30,603 nt of DNA, from the NCBI GenBank assembly GCA_012799115.1, contig JAAZLY010000276.1, positions 1-30,603 of the forward strand. Direction: 5' to 3'. Source of the stretch: Bacillota bacterium (GTDB lineage Bacteria > Bacillota > Limnochordia > Darwinibacteriales > Darwinibacteriaceae). Within the stretch, counting starts at the first letter, position 1. Each line of letters starts with the position of its first letter. The translations under genes and the position numbers were made by a program. The notes below the pieces were generated by a model. The model did not search any database and was not told the DNA's origin. It saw nothing but the letters and a program-made list of their open reading frames with translations. This document shows, one piece after another, positions 30,232-30,603 of the stretch.

Positions 30232-30603
30232 TTACCTACGCAGATTGTTGGCGGTTTGCAGCATATCGTCGGAAGCCTGAATAGCCTTAGAGTTACTTTC
30301 ATAGGCTCTTTGTGCCACAATCATATTCACCATTTCCTCGACGACCTGGACATTGGACATTTCCAAGAAATTCTGGCTCAGCATGCCAAAACCATCAAGA
30401 CCGGGCGTCCCAAGCATGGGTTCGCCACTAGCAGCTGTAGCGGTGTAGAGATTGCGGCCCTCACTCTTAAGTCCAGCTGAGTTCACAAAACGGACAATTT
30501 GTAGTTCACCAATACGACCCGGCTCACTATCACCAGGCTGCATAACAGTGACAGTACCGTCAGAACCAATGCTCAGCTCCAATGAATCGGAAGGTACAAT
30601 AAT
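30232..30603 (-). CDS. flgG: Flagellar distal rod protein FlgG (FlgF not excluded), C-terminal 123 aa; the 5' end lies beyond the right edge of the window
   Basis: The frame is open from 30603. The 'M' at 30582 in the ORF track is an internal TTG. The C-terminus LEMSNVQVVEEMVNMIVAQRAYESNSKAIQASDDMLQTANNLRR is the conserved flagellar rod/hook C-terminal domain. Confidence 0.8.
   Translation of the reverse strand: MIVPSDSLELSIGSDGTVTVMQPGDSEPGRIGELQIVRFVNSAGLKSEGRNLYTATAASGEPMLGTPGLDGFGMLSQNFLEMSNVQVVEEMVNMIVAQRAYESNSKAIQASDDMLQTANNLRR

Noticed and set aside
1-30603. Scan for CRISPR arrays, tRNA/rRNA genes, IS elements/transposases/integrases, toxin-antitoxin pairs and defence-system hallmarks.
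   Set aside because: I saw no direct-repeat/spacer arrays, tRNA-like cloverleaf candidates, rRNA signatures, terminal inverted repeats or recombinase motifs. The only repetitive DNA is the intragenic SLBB array.

Overview
This 30.6-kb window is gene-dense and about 50% GC by eye. All 27 recognisable protein genes lie on the minus strand. Most are separated by 30 nt or less or overlap at ATGA/GTGA junctions, and only three strong intrinsic terminators interrupt them. In transcription order (high to low coordinates) the blocks are: (1) flagellar rod and ring genes flgG (partial), flgA, flgH, flgI and a flgJ-like gene, ending in a terminator. (2) A phosphodiester-glycosidase-family protein, an S55 (SpoIVB-like) peptidase and bamA, ending in a terminator. 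(3) Two Skp/OmpH-like proteins. (4) A small beta-barrel protein, one lptF/G-family permease, lptD, an lptC-like and an lptA-like gene. (5) An orphan ABC pair (701-aa atypical membrane protein plus ATPase) with its own extended -10 promoter, then fabZ, lpxB, lptB and a DUF3084-like membrane protein. (6) A 381-nt non-coding leader and an OmpM-like SLH/coiled-coil/beta-barrel tether porin, ending in a terminator. (7) A YqgF-like nuclease-fold protein, an SLH-like small-barrel protein, an unknown exported protein, a Wza-like exporter with nine SLBB repeats, and a Wzz-type co-polymerase (partial; hand-translated because it is absent from the ORF track). The content matches the outer-membrane/LPS biogenesis supercluster described for OmpM-tethered (Terrabacteria-type) diderms such as Negativicutes, Halanaerobiales and Limnochordia. 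I saw no rRNA, tRNA, CRISPR array or mobile element. This is core envelope machinery, not an accessory island, so novelty claims are modest. The best leads are the orphan ABC module inserted between lptA and lptB, the long-stalk OmpM with its long leader, the SLH-like barrel/unknown/9xSLBB export module, the small barrel heading the lpt operon, and an S55 peptidase with apparently swapped motif order. All family assignments come from reading motifs by eye; no database search was run.
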